Virus record (IMG/VR): IMGVR_UViG_3300025435_001056
Location: 32,001-96,000 of that record
Strand: one strand, 5' to 3'
Source of the DNA: a virus
Length of the DNA: 64,000 bases
In this document: in pieces, positions 40,386 through 50,454 of the stretch
Position numbering within the stretch: position 1 is the stretch's first letter
Layout: each line of letters opens with the position of its first letter
Notes under the pieces: model-generated
Databases searched by the model: none
What the model saw: only the letters and a program-made list of their open reading frames with translations
What the model was told of the DNA's origin: nothing
Position numbers and translations under genes: made by a program

Positions 40386-40438
40386 TAGTAACATATCCTG
40401 TATGCCTCTCTAAAGAAGCACACTTTATAGGATCTTCG

Positions 40439-40460
40439 AGCCCGGGCAACCGGGCTTTTT
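40439..40460 (+). terminator. Rho-independent terminator
   Basis: AGCCCGG-GCAA-CCGGGCT followed by TTTT. Confidence 0.9.
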
Positions 40461-40546
40461 CTTGCTCAAAACTATGTAGCCATAAATAGTTGTAGAAAAT
40501 TATAGTTCTTGCTATAATATATGTAGTTAATAACACTGTTGAGATT

Positions 40547-41125
40547 ATGGCCCTACTTCCCGAAACAGATACCTCTGAAAAAGATCACTCCAAGCTCTTG
40601 CAAGATGCTGGCATGTATGTTTTCATGGACGAAGTTACGGATGAAACCATCAAGCCTATTATTGAATGGATCCTGGTTGAGAACCATGTGACCAAGAAAA
40701 AGAAAAAAGAATTGTTGTTAATGATTTGCAGTGAAGGTGGAAGTGTAGAAGATGCCTTTGCCTTGATCGATGTGATGAAGAGCAGTGCCATTCCAATCAA
40801 GACTGTGGGATTGGGTTGTATCGCTTCGTCGGGTCTTATGATATTCTTATCTGGCACAAAAGGTCGACGCTACTTGACCCCCAACACATCAATCATGAGT
40901 CATCAGTACAGTCACTATGCTGATGGCAAGCATCACGAATTGTTTGCCATGCAAAAAGAACACAACTTGATTCAAAAACGCATGTTGCTACACTATCGTG
41001 AATCAACCGGCCTGGACGAGGCCACTATCATGACCAAGTTGTTGCCAGCATCAGACCAGTATCTGTCGGCAGAAGAGGCTCTTGAGCTACACATCTGCGA
41101 TGCCATTTCAGATTTGAAACGATAA
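40547..41125 (+). CDS. Divergent ClpP-family protease
   Basis: SEGGSV, IASSG (Ser), MSHQ (His), DQYLSAEEA (Asp). Confidence 0.85.
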   Translation: MALLPETDTSEKDHSKLLQDAGMYVFMDEVTDETIKPIIEWILVENHVTKKKKKELLLMICSEGGSVEDAFALIDVMKSSAIPIKTVGLGCIASSGLMIFLSGTKGRRYLTPNTSIMSHQYSHYADGKHHELFAMQKEHNLIQKRMLLHYRESTGLDEATIMTKLLPASDQYLSAEEALELHICDAISDLKR

Positions 41126-42721
41126 TTAACCGCGACGCCGACGGCCCAGGCTCTTGTCAGTGCCTAGCCGTTCGGGTTCTGATCCGGCCTTGACACCGCT
41201 GCGTTGACCCGACACCTGATCTAACTGGGTGGCAGATAGCTCGGCTTCGGGTTCATCTGCCTGATTGTCCACTGGATCTAGATCCGAATCTGTAGCACCA
41301 TTCTTTAAGATCTTGAATGTAAAGTTGCCCTTCCCTTGGGTACTCATGTAGGCCTTGCTTGCATCTAACAAGACACCAGTAACAGTGGCACTGGGATACA
41401 CAGCACGGAAGCCGGTAATGCTAATCGTATCTGCAGATTCTGTAGCTTCGGTATACATTTGAACCAGTGCTGAGTGATTTAAAATTTCAGAAGCCGCTTG
41501 TCCAAAGTTTGTATTTTCATTGACATAGTCAGCAACCTTATATGCTACAACGCTGAGCATGTGTTCAAACGGAACAATTTTAGCCCAGTCCTTTGGTGTG
41601 CGACTTTGATATAATGTGTTTAAGTTTTTATTCTTAAAGTTAATTTTATCTTGTGGACCTTTGTTAGTCAAGCTCATTATATCGCGGGCTTCTTCTGTGG
41701 TAATAATCTTATACTTTACACCTAACTCTAATGCGGCACCAGCGTGACCACCGTTACTGATTGTTTTTAAAATTTCAATAACATCTTTATGTTTTTCTAA
41801 CAGCTTCTTGCCCTTAGGAGCCACAGATAATTCTTGAATACTCTTTAACAAATTAACTACACTTGCATTAGCACCGCTCTTGCCTTTACTTGACAATTTA
41901 ATCTGCTTACCGCCAGGGCTGACCAACAAGCTATCGTATAAGCCGCCAGTGACATTATTGTTAAAACTGATAGTAGCATCACCGTAGCCCGAATCAGGAC
42001 CAAAGAAAATAGTAGCCGCTTCTTGAGCATTGCCTTTAATAGGTTTACCCATTACTAAGGCCACTGGTTGTAGCATTTCGCAGAAATAGTCACGGAACGC
42101 AGTAAAGTTAATCGAGCCTTTAGGAAAAGTAACAGGGAACTTGGCGGCCTGCATAAACGTAGCAGCCGCAACTACTTCGTCACTGCCTTCACCAAACTTG
42201 GCCACAATTTGTTCCATGATTGTTTCGGGGGTATTATTTTGGAATTGAGTTAGGACTTCACTGGGCTTGTAACCTGTATTTTCTTTTGCGCCCACTTTAC
42301 TTGCAAATTTGAATCCGCCTGGAATATATTCGTGGGCAAAATTGTTCTTTACTCGATTGGGACTAATGTTTTTAAACCAGCGACCCAAATAGTAGTTTTG
42401 GTTGGTAGCTTGATCGGTAAATCGAGCAATACCAAAGCCGGCATAACCACCGCCTTCGTCGGCTAGCTGTCTACGTGCAGGGGGCTGATTGGTCCAGGCT
42501 ATTTGTTCTGGTGCAATACCAAGGCCCGTACACACTTTTGCAACTGCCGCGTTGGCATCTGTTAAATCCTTGTAAGAACCTGAATCTGGATAAAAATCCA
42601 AACTTTGAAACGCAATAACATCGCCTTCGGGATTTTTAAATAGATCACCTGGCTTGCGATTGGCAAGCCCAACACCTTCGGTTATAACAACAGAGTCAAG
42701 TAAGTTTAGAATATCACGCAT
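41126..42721 (-). CDS. Putative head-packaged protein with PD-(D/E)XK-like motif
   Basis: MRDILNLLD...ITE N-terminus; FCEM...GLYDS...IKLSSK; C-terminus LGRRRRG. Confidence 0.45.
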   Translation of the reverse strand: MRDILNLLDSVVITEGVGLANRKPGDLFKNPEGDVIAFQSLDFYPDSGSYKDLTDANAAVAKVCTGLGIAPEQIAWTNQPPARRQLADEGGGYAGFGIARFTDQATNQNYYLGRWFKNISPNRVKNNFAHEYIPGGFKFASKVGAKENTGYKPSEVLTQFQNNTPETIMEQIVAKFGEGSDEVVAAATFMQAAKFPVTFPKGSINFTAFRDYFCEMLQPVALVMGKPIKGNAQEAATIFFGPDSGYGDATISFNNNVTGGLYDSLLVSPGGKQIKLSSKGKSGANASVVNLLKSIQELSVAPKGKKLLEKHKDVIEILKTISNGGHAGAALELGVKYKIITTEEARDIMSLTNKGPQDKINFKNKNLNTLYQSRTPKDWAKIVPFEHMLSVVAYKVADYVNENTNFGQAASEILNHSALVQMYTEATESADTISITGFRAVYPSATVTGVLLDASKAYMSTQGKGNFTFKILKNGATDSDLDPVDNQADEPEAELSATQLDQVSGQRSGVKAGSEPERLGTDKSLGRRRRG

Positions 42722-42726
42722 ATTGT

Positions 42727-43596
42727 TTACTTATCATTACTAGAAGATAAAACTATTGCTTTCCAGCCCTTGTATGTTTTGTTATTTTTTGCAGTGGTTA
42801 TTAAATTAGCATACTGTAAATTGTGTTCTCTGCAAAATATTTTTAATTCACGACTGTAAATTTCAGTCTGATTTCCTATTGGATCAATGATGTTATACAA
42901 TACTCTTTGTGCTAGATAAAATTTTTCCTTAGCTTCGGCTGATCTAGTTTTATTTTTTTGTTGAGCTAGCTTCATATTTGCCCGAGCTTTTTCTGTTTGT
43001 TTTTTGCCTTTGCGTTGTGCAATATGTTTTTCAACTCGTGCTTTGTTATCTTTCCAAGTTTTGCCGGTCATCTTTGCTGATATCTTGGCTGCTACTTCGG
43101 GACGCTTGGCCGGATTTTTATCCCCTTTCATTCTTTCGCTAGCATATTGGAAATATTCTGGGCCGCGCTTCTTAGTCCAATCTTTTGATAAGTTTGCACG
43201 ATGTTCTGGGGTTTTAGAAACACCGGTCATTGTTTTGCTTTGTTTTTGTCTTGATTCTATAGTCCTTTTGATGCCAGCATTTGAATTAGCAATCTTACGA
43301 ACATTAAATCCGCGACCTTCATCGGCGAACGGGCGGATTTTATTCAGCCATGATTGTTCTTTTTCTAGCAATAATTCTGGATCGCACTGTTCCAGTATTA
43401 TCCAATCAAAATTGTCAGGGCCATATTTTGCCAGGGCTCGAGCTATAACTTGTTTAGGGCCAGAAGAAACAGAGGCCTTACGATGATTATACCACCGTTC
43501 TTTTATACTCAATGCGCTACCAATATAGGATCGCCCATCCTCTTTTAATATAATTTGGTAGATACCAGAATCTATAGACCTTTGTGTAGTTTTCAT
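42727..43596 (-). mobile_element. Free-standing GIY-YIG homing endonuclease with NUMOD3-like repeats
   Basis: SGIYQI...SYIGSA...RW..H, E, GFN motifs. Confidence 0.9.
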
Positions 43597-43645
43597 ATAT
43601 ACTATTTATTACGCAGACAACACACTCTTTCAGAAGGCAAATAGC

Positions 43646-44236
43646 ATGAATTTAGTTCCGATGGTAATTGAAAAAACCGCCAATGGCGAACGGGCAATGG
43701 ATATCCAGTCCAGACTGCTTAGAGACAGGATCATTATGTTAATGGATGATGTTAACGAACACTCGGCCAGTTTGATTGTAGCGCAGATGTTGTTTTTAGA
43801 GTCAGAAGACCCTGATCGCGATATCTTGTTTTATATCAACAGCCCAGGCGGCGTAGTCACAGCCGGAATGGCTATCTATGATACCATGAACTTTATCAAG
43901 CCCGATGTTTCAACAGTGGTCATGGGTCAGGCCTGCTCTATGGGATCGTTATTGGCTCAGGCTGGAGCTGCAGGCAAGCGTTTGATTTTGCCCAACGCAC
44001 GACACATGATTCATCAACCGTCAGGCGGTGCAAGAGGTCAAGCAACAGATATTCAGATTCAAGCACAAGAGATCTTAAAGATGAAAAAGTACCTGACTGA
44101 GATCTATGTCAAACACAACACAGCTGGCAAGATCTTCGACGAGCTTACAGCTGATATGGAACGCGATTTTTTTATGAGTGCGGAAGAATCTGTGGCCTAT
44201 GGCTTAGCTGATCGGGTTATTGCCAAGCGAGTGTAG
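43646..44236 (+). CDS. clpP: Clp protease proteolytic subunit (canonical)
   Basis: [30 protein letters not shown]. Confidence 0.96.
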   Translation: MNLVPMVIEKTANGERAMDIQSRLLRDRIIMLMDDVNEHSASLIVAQMLFLESEDPDRDILFYINSPGGVVTAGMAIYDTMNFIKPDVSTVVMGQACSMGSLLAQAGAAGKRLILPNARHMIHQPSGGARGQATDIQIQAQEILKMKKYLTEIYVKHNTAGKIFDELTADMERDFFMSAEESVAYGLADRVIAKRV

Positions 44237-44253
44237 TACTGCTAAATATTGTC

Positions 44254-44823
44254 ATGTCAACTATTGAAGTAATTTCCCCTGTGTCCATGCGCATCAACCA
44301 GGATTGGTCCAAGATTATATCGATTGCTGAAGATTTGATTAGCAAAAGTCGAACCAGATATTCAGAAATTGTACCCTATGGTAATGCAACATTTTATCAT
44401 ATAGGGCTGTTGGGTAGTGTAAGTCACCATCATATCAGTGAAAATTGGCACAATGTTTCGGGTATTTGGATAAACAAATATATTCCTTGGATCAAACAAA
44501 TGGAAAAAGACATGGTCGAATTAGAACCTACTTACCAGATGAGTATCATGAATGGCAACGGTGCCGAGCACGTTGATTTTCCTAATCTTCCAACGGCACT
44601 TAACTATCCTATTGAAACCACAGATGCTATATCATACGTGCTAGTTGATGGTATGGAACACACTTACCCAAGTATTGCCGATCAGCCGTGGTTACTCAAC
44701 ACCCAATATCCGCATGGTGTTCGAAATACACAATATCGACTGGTGTTTAACATGCATTTTGGACGGCCTTATGACGTGGTCAAATCATGGTTTAATGCTC
44801 ATCCCGCCTTGGTTTACGGCTAA
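44254..44823 (+). CDS. Cupin/2OG-Fe(II)-like protein
   Basis: EHVD...PWLLNT..PHGV.N...R. Confidence 0.5.
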   Translation: MSTIEVISPVSMRINQDWSKIISIAEDLISKSRTRYSEIVPYGNATFYHIGLLGSVSHHHISENWHNVSGIWINKYIPWIKQMEKDMVELEPTYQMSIMNGNGAEHVDFPNLPTALNYPIETTDAISYVLVDGMEHTYPSIADQPWLLNTQYPHGVRNTQYRLVFNMHFGRPYDVVKSWFNAHPALVYG

Positions 44824-44855
44824 GTTAGTACATACTAACCTACACAACTGAAATC

Positions 44856-44915
44856 GGTTGACCCAAAATGCCCAATTTGCTATAATACTTGTATAGTAAC
44901 TAAAAAGGAGTAGCA
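44856..44915 (+). promoter_or_regulatory. Early promoter/RBS cassette copy 2
   Basis: TTGACC-N17-TATAAT...AAGGAG. Confidence 0.85.
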
Positions 44916-45314
44916 ATGAAAGACCCAATCATTTACGCAGGTTATAGCCGGTTGGCAGATGGAACCATAAAGTTTCGTACTGCTACCAACGAAGCACGAG
45001 TTAATCAGCTAGTCTCATTTGGTGAAGAAGTTTACGTGATTCTGATCAGTCCGGTTTACTCAAAGTCAGCAGCGGCCAAAGAACTGCTTCGCTTGGATCA
45101 TGCCAACGGTGCCAAAGAGTTGGAACAGTTTTACAGCCGTCAGGTTCGTGATGAGAACCCGTTCCGCGTGGTCAAACTAAAAGTGCCGTCAGTGGCTATG
45201 CAGGAGTTGACCGGCGCCAAAATTGAAGAAGAGCCCATGACTTGCAAAGAAGCCGCTCGCCTACGTGCTGAGTGGAATCGTAAACACGCTCATTTATCTT
45301 ATGATGGAGAATAA
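44916..45314 (+). CDS. Early hypothetical protein
   Basis: Directly behind a promoter cassette. Confidence 0.75.
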   Translation: MKDPIIYAGYSRLADGTIKFRTATNEARVNQLVSFGEEVYVILISPVYSKSAAAKELLRLDHANGAKELEQFYSRQVRDENPFRVVKLKVPSVAMQELTGAKIEEEPMTCKEAARLRAEWNRKHAHLSYDGE

Positions 45315-45315
45315 C

Positions 45316-45501
45316 ATGTCCAAGTATCGTAAAACCGATTATCAATCCATCGTTCGCAACATGCCTATCCAAGAAATTGAAGGCCTGTTCGAAACTTTCC
45401 AAAACAGTACTACTCGTACCGCTTTAGAAACCGAAATCATGAACATTCTCGAAGCCGAAATTGAGCGCAGAATCGCCAACTGGGAAGTTGCGTATGTCTA
45501 A
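45316..45501 (+). CDS. Early hypothetical protein
   Basis: GGAG SD before ATG 45316. Confidence 0.65.
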   Translation: MSKYRKTDYQSIVRNMPIQEIEGLFETFQNSTTRTALETEIMNILEAEIERRIANWEVAYV

Positions 45502-45522
45502 CAAACCGACTTAAATAACCGT

Positions 45523-46599
45523 ATGAAAATACGGTTGATTGGTCAAAGAAACGACTCTGGTATAGGTAACCACTATGCCAGTTTTTGTGATGCCTTGCGG
45601 CAGGTACGGGTGATCGGTAGCATGGTAGAAGAGGTCGATGCTGAAGATCAAACTTCTTTAATGCAGGCTGTGGCTCAAAGTGAGTCAGGCGACATAAACA
45701 TTTCGTTTGTGGCCATGAACATACACGAACATTTTCGCGGACACAACATACAGTGGATTGTGTTTGAAAGCACTAAAACACCCAGCCATATCTTGCCAGT
45801 ATTGCAGGGCGCCGACCAGGTCTGGGTTCCCAGTCACTGGGGCCGTGATATCCTAATCAACAACGGTGTCAACAGTGACCGTATTTGGATTGTGCCCGAA
45901 GGCATAGATGGCAAACAGTTCCATCCCTACGGTCGTGAACTGTACAATCAAAATCGCCCATTTCGTTTTCTCAGCGTGGGCAAATATGAACTTCGCAAGA
46001 GTTTTGACGAAACCCTGCAGGCCTTTGCGCAGGTATATGGCAACACACCTGGAGTTGAATTGGTCATCAAAAGCAATTATTTTGTTGACCAAGACATAAA
46101 AAGTCAGACCTTGCAACGCAAAATTGATGATCTGGGCTTGACCAATGTTACAGTAATATGGGGCACTGTAGAACATGACCGAGTGGCTGATCTTTACCGT
46201 AGCTGTGATGTATTTGTATTTCCGACCAAGGGAGAGGGCTGGGGATTCCCCTTGATTGAAGCTGCTGCCAGTGGCATGCCCATCATCACGGTTCCTTATA
46301 GTGGACACACTGAATTCCTAAACACCATTCCGGATTCGGTGCTGAATGTGGACTATGTACTGACACCCATCACCTGTCCTGAATATCAGGTCTATTATCC
46401 TGATGCCAACAACCAATTTGGTCTCTGGGCCAGACCCGATGTCTACAGCATAGCCGAAGCTATGCGCCAGGCCCGTACCAACCATGCAGTATTGGCCGAA
46501 CGAGCCTTGAAAAACAGCGCACAAATACGCAATCAGTTCAGTTGGACTCAAAGTGTGGACCAAGCTCTAGTGGCCATGGAAGCTCTGGTCAGCTTTTAA
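45523..46599 (+). CDS. Glycosyltransferase family 4 (GT-B)
   Basis: VPSHW, RKSF, PTKGEGWGFPLIEAAASG. Confidence 0.9.
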   Translation: MKIRLIGQRNDSGIGNHYASFCDALRQVRVIGSMVEEVDAEDQTSLMQAVAQSESGDINISFVAMNIHEHFRGHNIQWIVFESTKTPSHILPVLQGADQVWVPSHWGRDILINNGVNSDRIWIVPEGIDGKQFHPYGRELYNQNRPFRFLSVGKYELRKSFDETLQAFAQVYGNTPGVELVIKSNYFVDQDIKSQTLQRKIDDLGLTNVTVIWGTVEHDRVADLYRSCDVFVFPTKGEGWGFPLIEAAASGMPIITVPYSGHTEFLNTIPDSVLNVDYVLTPITCPEYQVYYPDANNQFGLWARPDVYSIAEAMRQARTNHAVLAERALKNSAQIRNQFSWTQSVDQALVAMEALVSF

Positions 46600-46621
46600 T
46601 GTGGCATAAAAACAACGGTTT

Positions 46622-46646
46622 AAACCCCCGTAACTGGGGGTTTTTT
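46622..46646 (+). terminator. Rho-independent terminator
   Basis: AAACCCCC-N6-GGGGGTTT followed by a T run. Confidence 0.85.
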
Positions 46647-46661
46647 CTGGCCTGTCCAAAC

Positions 46662-46722
46662 GGTTGACCCAAAATGGCAGACCGCTTATAATCTATGTAT
46701 AGTGATAATAAAGGAGCAAAAA
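46662..46722 (+). promoter_or_regulatory. Early promoter/RBS cassette copy 3
   Basis: TTGACC-N17-TATAAT...AAGGAG. Confidence 0.85.
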
Positions 46723-46983
46723 ATGAATTTTACAGTTATCAAAGGCGACGTAATTCGTGCATATGACTTCAAGCCAATGGCAGGCCGTGAAGACTGTTTT
46801 ATTGAAGGCGAAGTGGTTGATGCCCACAATACTGAGCAAGGTTACCAAGCATACAAGATTGTGGTTACTAAAGATTCATGGTCCGATGCCACTGACAAGG
46901 GTCGTGTTGGTATTGAAATGTTTGTTCCCTGGAGGGTATCGTTTAACGAGTTCCGAGGCCGTATCATGAATCTGAGCAGATAA
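46723..46983 (+). CDS. Early hypothetical protein (SH3-like)
   Basis: GDVIRAYDF...CFIEG.V phage family pattern. Confidence 0.75.
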   Translation: MNFTVIKGDVIRAYDFKPMAGREDCFIEGEVVDAHNTEQGYQAYKIVVTKDSWSDATDKGRVGIEMFVPWRVSFNEFRGRIMNLSR

Positions 46984-46992
46984 GGAGTGGGA

Positions 46993-47202
46993 ATGAAAAG
47001 TATGTATAGCTACCTAGGCTATGAATATTGTCCTTGGGACGATGTCGAGGAAGACAATATCAAGATATTCCACGAGTGTTACAAAGATGGTGTTCGTGTC
47101 AAGATGCCTGAAGCATTTTACTGTCACAGTCCTTATGATCTTGTGCCGTTTGAAAAATTTGTCAAGTATGTTCAATCCATAGAAGTGTTTATTCAGGGAT
47201 GA
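46993..47202 (+). CDS. Hypothetical protein
   Basis: AAGGAG SD; DDVEEDNIKIFH. Confidence 0.7.
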   Translation: MKSMYSYLGYEYCPWDDVEEDNIKIFHECYKDGVRVKMPEAFYCHSPYDLVPFEKFVKYVQSIEVFIQG

Positions 47203-47477
47203 AAGCACCAATTGAACATTTTGACTTTTTAGGCCAGCCTATCCGGGTTGGTGATTATGTTTCGTTTACCTGGGCACATTGTCGTGGGATTCGTGTTGGG
47301 GTTGTAACCAAATTGACCAAGCAACGAATAAAAATGACTTGGTCTAATTCTTATGCTCATGATGGGGTTAAGACTTATTATACAGGTAACCATATTGCTC
47401 GTCCTGCTGATTGTTTGGTATTGGGCGATACGCTACAGCAACACCTAACCATGGCCGCACTACAGAAAAAGATATGA
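47199..47477 (+). CDS. Hypothetical KOW/SH3-like protein
   Basis: DFLGQPIRVGDYV. Confidence 0.7.
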   Translation: MKAPIEHFDFLGQPIRVGDYVSFTWAHCRGIRVGVVTKLTKQRIKMTWSNSYAHDGVKTYYTGNHIARPADCLVLGDTLQQHLTMAALQKKI

Positions 47478-48109
47478 TAGAAAATAAAGCACCCTGGTAT
47501 TATCAATACCTTGATTTGCCCAAGGTTCCAGACCAATTTGTGCAAGAGGCCCTGGCGCTTGCACACAATAGTGAAAAAAATAAATTAGAAAACAGCAACG
47601 ATTTAGACGTGTTGCCGGTCTACAATAGAACCATTTATATAGATGGAAAGCCAGCCAAAAGCCGAATGACACCACGTTGGGATTTAAGTCAAGAGTTTGT
47701 AAACTGGGTGCGTGATAATATCTGTGAAGAATTTATAGATGTTGCGGTTAGCATCAGTAAGGGTGATCCTGATGCAGTCAACACAGGAGTGCATACCGAT
47801 AATGTGCGTCATTACACCTTGATATATCTATTAGAAACCAGCAATGACGATCAAATTACAGCATGGTGGCAAGAACCAGGTTTTCCTATACAGCGATCCG
47901 AAAGAGGTTATTATAAAGAAAGTTGGGATTCGCTTGTTCCCTTGGAAAAAGTAGTATTTCCCAAATTTACTTGGTTGGTTTTCAATGCAGGTATTTTACA
48001 CAGTATTCACAACATTTACGGACATCGTATTGCAATACATGTAAGTTTGCCTTATGATCCATTTACCAAAGACAACTACTTTAAAACTAAACAAAGAATT
48101 GATGAATGA
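47474..48109 (+). CDS. Cupin/2OG-Fe(II)-like protein
   Basis: VHTD...LHSIHN...RIA. Confidence 0.55.
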   Translation: MIENKAPWYYQYLDLPKVPDQFVQEALALAHNSEKNKLENSNDLDVLPVYNRTIYIDGKPAKSRMTPRWDLSQEFVNWVRDNICEEFIDVAVSISKGDPDAVNTGVHTDNVRHYTLIYLLETSNDDQITAWWQEPGFPIQRSERGYYKESWDSLVPLEKVVFPKFTWLVFNAGILHSIHNIYGHRIAIHVSLPYDPFTKDNYFKTKQRIDE

Positions 48110-48112
48110 TTT

Positions 48113-48478
48113 ATGAAAGCATTTCAAGAAATTACCAAATGGGCAACAGAGTTTGACATGCCCAACCATGTTTACTTTCTAAGTGACAGCAAAGATAAAA
48201 TGTATGGCTATGTTAAAAGTAGCACTGGTGAGATTCAAGAAATGACGACTCCATATAAGTTCAAAGCTGGTGGTCGCAAGTTCAAAGAAGTCAATAACAT
48301 CTGGGGATTCTTCCCCAAGGAGGAATTGATCCTAGTTGGTGAAACTTTTAAAGTGCCTGGTAGTAAAGGTGCTGTTTATACTGTGACTAATGATCGCGGA
48401 TCATGGACTTGCACTTGCCCGGCCTCAAAATGGCAAAAGGGCGAGTGCAAGCATATTAAAAATCTACAGACTTCTTAA
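48113..48478 (+). CDS. SWIM zinc-finger protein
   Basis: GSKG..YTV...WTCTCP...CKHI. Confidence 0.85.
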   Translation: MKAFQEITKWATEFDMPNHVYFLSDSKDKMYGYVKSSTGEIQEMTTPYKFKAGGRKFKEVNNIWGFFPKEELILVGETFKVPGSKGAVYTVTNDRGSWTCTCPASKWQKGECKHIKNLQTS

Positions 48479-48522
48479 ATTTATATCCAGCTCGTTGATC
48501 CAACAAATATCAGGAAATACAA

Positions 48523-48822
48523 TTAGGTAGTTGGGAAAACTGTGGCTTTGAACAGATAGATATAGCCAGGCTCAAAAGAACCAGTGTCAACAGAAACAGT
48601 ACCGGCCGCATTGTCAATGGCAGTGACCACAGAATTGAATGCGCCTGGGCCCCATACATACCAACCGACCTGCACATCATTCCAGCCTGGTGTAGTAGTG
48701 CTGTTGGCAGCTGCATCTGAAAATAAACCGTCGCCGCTTTCAGTGGCATAGTTGTTGAAACTTTGCGTAGAACCAGCCTGTTCACTTTCAACTGTGGTAC
48801 TACCGTCAATAATAAAGCTCAT
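48523..48822 (-). CDS. Small beta-rich, probably structural protein
   Basis: AAGGAG SD. Confidence 0.65.
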   Translation of the reverse strand: MSFIIDGSTTVESEQAGSTQSFNNYATESGDGLFSDAAANSTTTPGWNDVQVGWYVWGPGAFNSVVTAIDNAAGTVSVDTGSFEPGYIYLFKATVFPTT

Positions 48823-48847
48823 GGTGTTGCTCCTTTTTGTTGATATA

Positions 48848-49555
48848 TTATTTATTGCTGAAAGACTGGAATATGCGGATCACAGGGTCTAAATCCATGG
48901 TTACGGTCTGGAACACCAAGTTATCCATGGTGCTCTGTTTAATCTCTAAGCCCATGGCCGCATAATGATCTTCAAATTTTACATCATCACCGGCCAAACG
49001 GTCGCCAAACCGTACCCAGGCCGCTGGTATGCCGTAGGCATTGGCACAGATCAGGCCGTGTAGACTACTGCTGATCACTGAGCGACACTTGGTTATTTCC
49101 TGTGCCACTTTCAAAGGATTCTCATTTAGTAGATCCACTACAAAATAGTCCGGATACTGAGCCCGAACTTCTTTGTAATCAATGTAGTGTGGCACTATGC
49201 CCACATCATATTCCTTGGCACTTTCTTCAATCAACAAGGGCAGGAGCATGCCAGGGTCACCGTAGATTTCAGGACATGAACCGCCCATGGCCAGGATGCG
49301 TTCTCTAGTTTTAGGACCACGCACAAAACGCCAGTCAGCCTCAGGGTTGGGTCGATCGGTTCGGCTCATGATGCCGGCACCCAGCACTGTAACACCGGGT
49401 CGAGCATGATCGGCTATACTGCCAATACAGATCATGTTCCAGTCTTCATACACCTGTTGATAAGCAATACCAAAATGGTCTAAGATCTTGGGAGTTAACA
49501 CATCTCCAAAGTTGCCTGGATGCGGCGCATAGGGCCAATATACTCGGCGGGTCAT
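48848..49555 (-). CDS. Polysaccharide pyruvyl transferase (ExoV-like)
   Basis: NFGD, VRGP.T, GDPG.L, GIVPH, SSSLHG...AYGIP. Confidence 0.9.
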   Translation of the reverse strand: MTRRVYWPYAPHPGNFGDVLTPKILDHFGIAYQQVYEDWNMICIGSIADHARPGVTVLGAGIMSRTDRPNPEADWRFVRGPKTRERILAMGGSCPEIYGDPGMLLPLLIEESAKEYDVGIVPHYIDYKEVRAQYPDYFVVDLLNENPLKVAQEITKCRSVISSSLHGLICANAYGIPAAWVRFGDRLAGDDVKFEDHYAAMGLEIKQSTMDNLVFQTVTMDLDPVIRIFQSFSNK

Positions 49556-50454
49556 TCTATCACCTCTAACCAGGCGTCAATTACTTTACTCCAATCGTAG
49601 TTGTCTCTGGCATACTGCTGTATGCTTTCACACTTGAGTCTATACTGGACCGGATTGTCTCGGTAGTAGGACAAGTGTTCTTGGGTCTTGGCCACAAAGG
49701 CCTCGGGTTCAACAGGAACCGTGATGCCACCGCCCTGATCACCGTTGTGTTCAAAATAGCCCACCGGTGTGCCGATCACTAGTCGTCCGGCCGCAGCCGC
49801 TTCCATAGCCGGGAGTCCGCCGGCTTCTTCACTGGAGCTGACCACCAGGCCGTCTATGTGTTTGTAGTAGGCCGGCATGCATAAATGATTGTAGAAGCCG
49901 TGTGTTTGTAAGGTCAGGCCGGCCACACCCGACACAGCAGTTTCTACCAGGTGTCCACGCTTGATGTCTTCACCGGCAAAGTTGGCACCGGTAGGTGCGC
50001 CAGCATAGCCCACAGTTCTCAAGGCCGGAGCGATGTCGGCACTGAACATGTCAGTGTGTATGCCCAAGGGAGTGATCTTAGGTTGTCTGACTATGCCTAT
50101 TTCGGCGGATTTGCGGGCCAACACATCACTGATGACCGCATAGTTTCTGACTTCACTTAGGAACTCGGTGCCACCTTCGGCCTGGGCCTTCAGTAGATCC
50201 CATTGGGCATGTGCTATGACCACAATCTTCTTGCGATCGAATCCCCACTTGGCCAAGTATAGTTCTACCGCCTCAGGGTTGGTCACTATGATGTCATAGG
50301 TGCGATCTATTAAGGCCAGTTCTTCCATAGAATAGTGTTGCATCCAGTCTAAGAGATTGGCATAGATGCCGTGCTGATAAAGTTCTTTGCAAAGGGCATG
50401 ATGGATAGAACCAAAGGCCCAACGGTTCTGTGTGTAGAACAAGACTCGCTTCAT
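49552..50454 (-). CDS. Glycosyltransferase (GT4-like)
   Basis: [25 protein letters not shown]. Confidence 0.85.
   Translation of the reverse strand: MKRVLFYTQNRWAFGSIHHALCKELYQHGIYANLLDWMQHYSMEELALIDRTYDIIVTNPEAVELYLAKWGFDRKKIVVIAHAQWDLLKAQAEGGTEFLSEVRNYAVISDVLARKSAEIGIVRQPKITPLGIHTDMFSADIAPALRTVGYAGAPTGANFAGEDIKRGHLVETAVSGVAGLTLQTHGFYNHLCMPAYYKHIDGLVVSSSEEAGGLPAMEAAAAGRLVIGTPVGYFEHNGDQGGGITVPVEPEAFVAKTQEHLSYYRDNPVQYRLKCESIQQYARDNYDWSKVIDAWLEVIE

Noticed and set aside
40395-40433. Weak stem between the phasin-like stop codon and its terminator as a 3'-UTR small RNA
   Set aside because: Pairing is short and imperfect; no second copy to support it
43004-43486. 160-aa plus-strand ORF and similar long antisense ORFs in groEL, ligase and metK
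   Set aside because: Fully antisense to well-supported genes; no recognisable motifs or start signals
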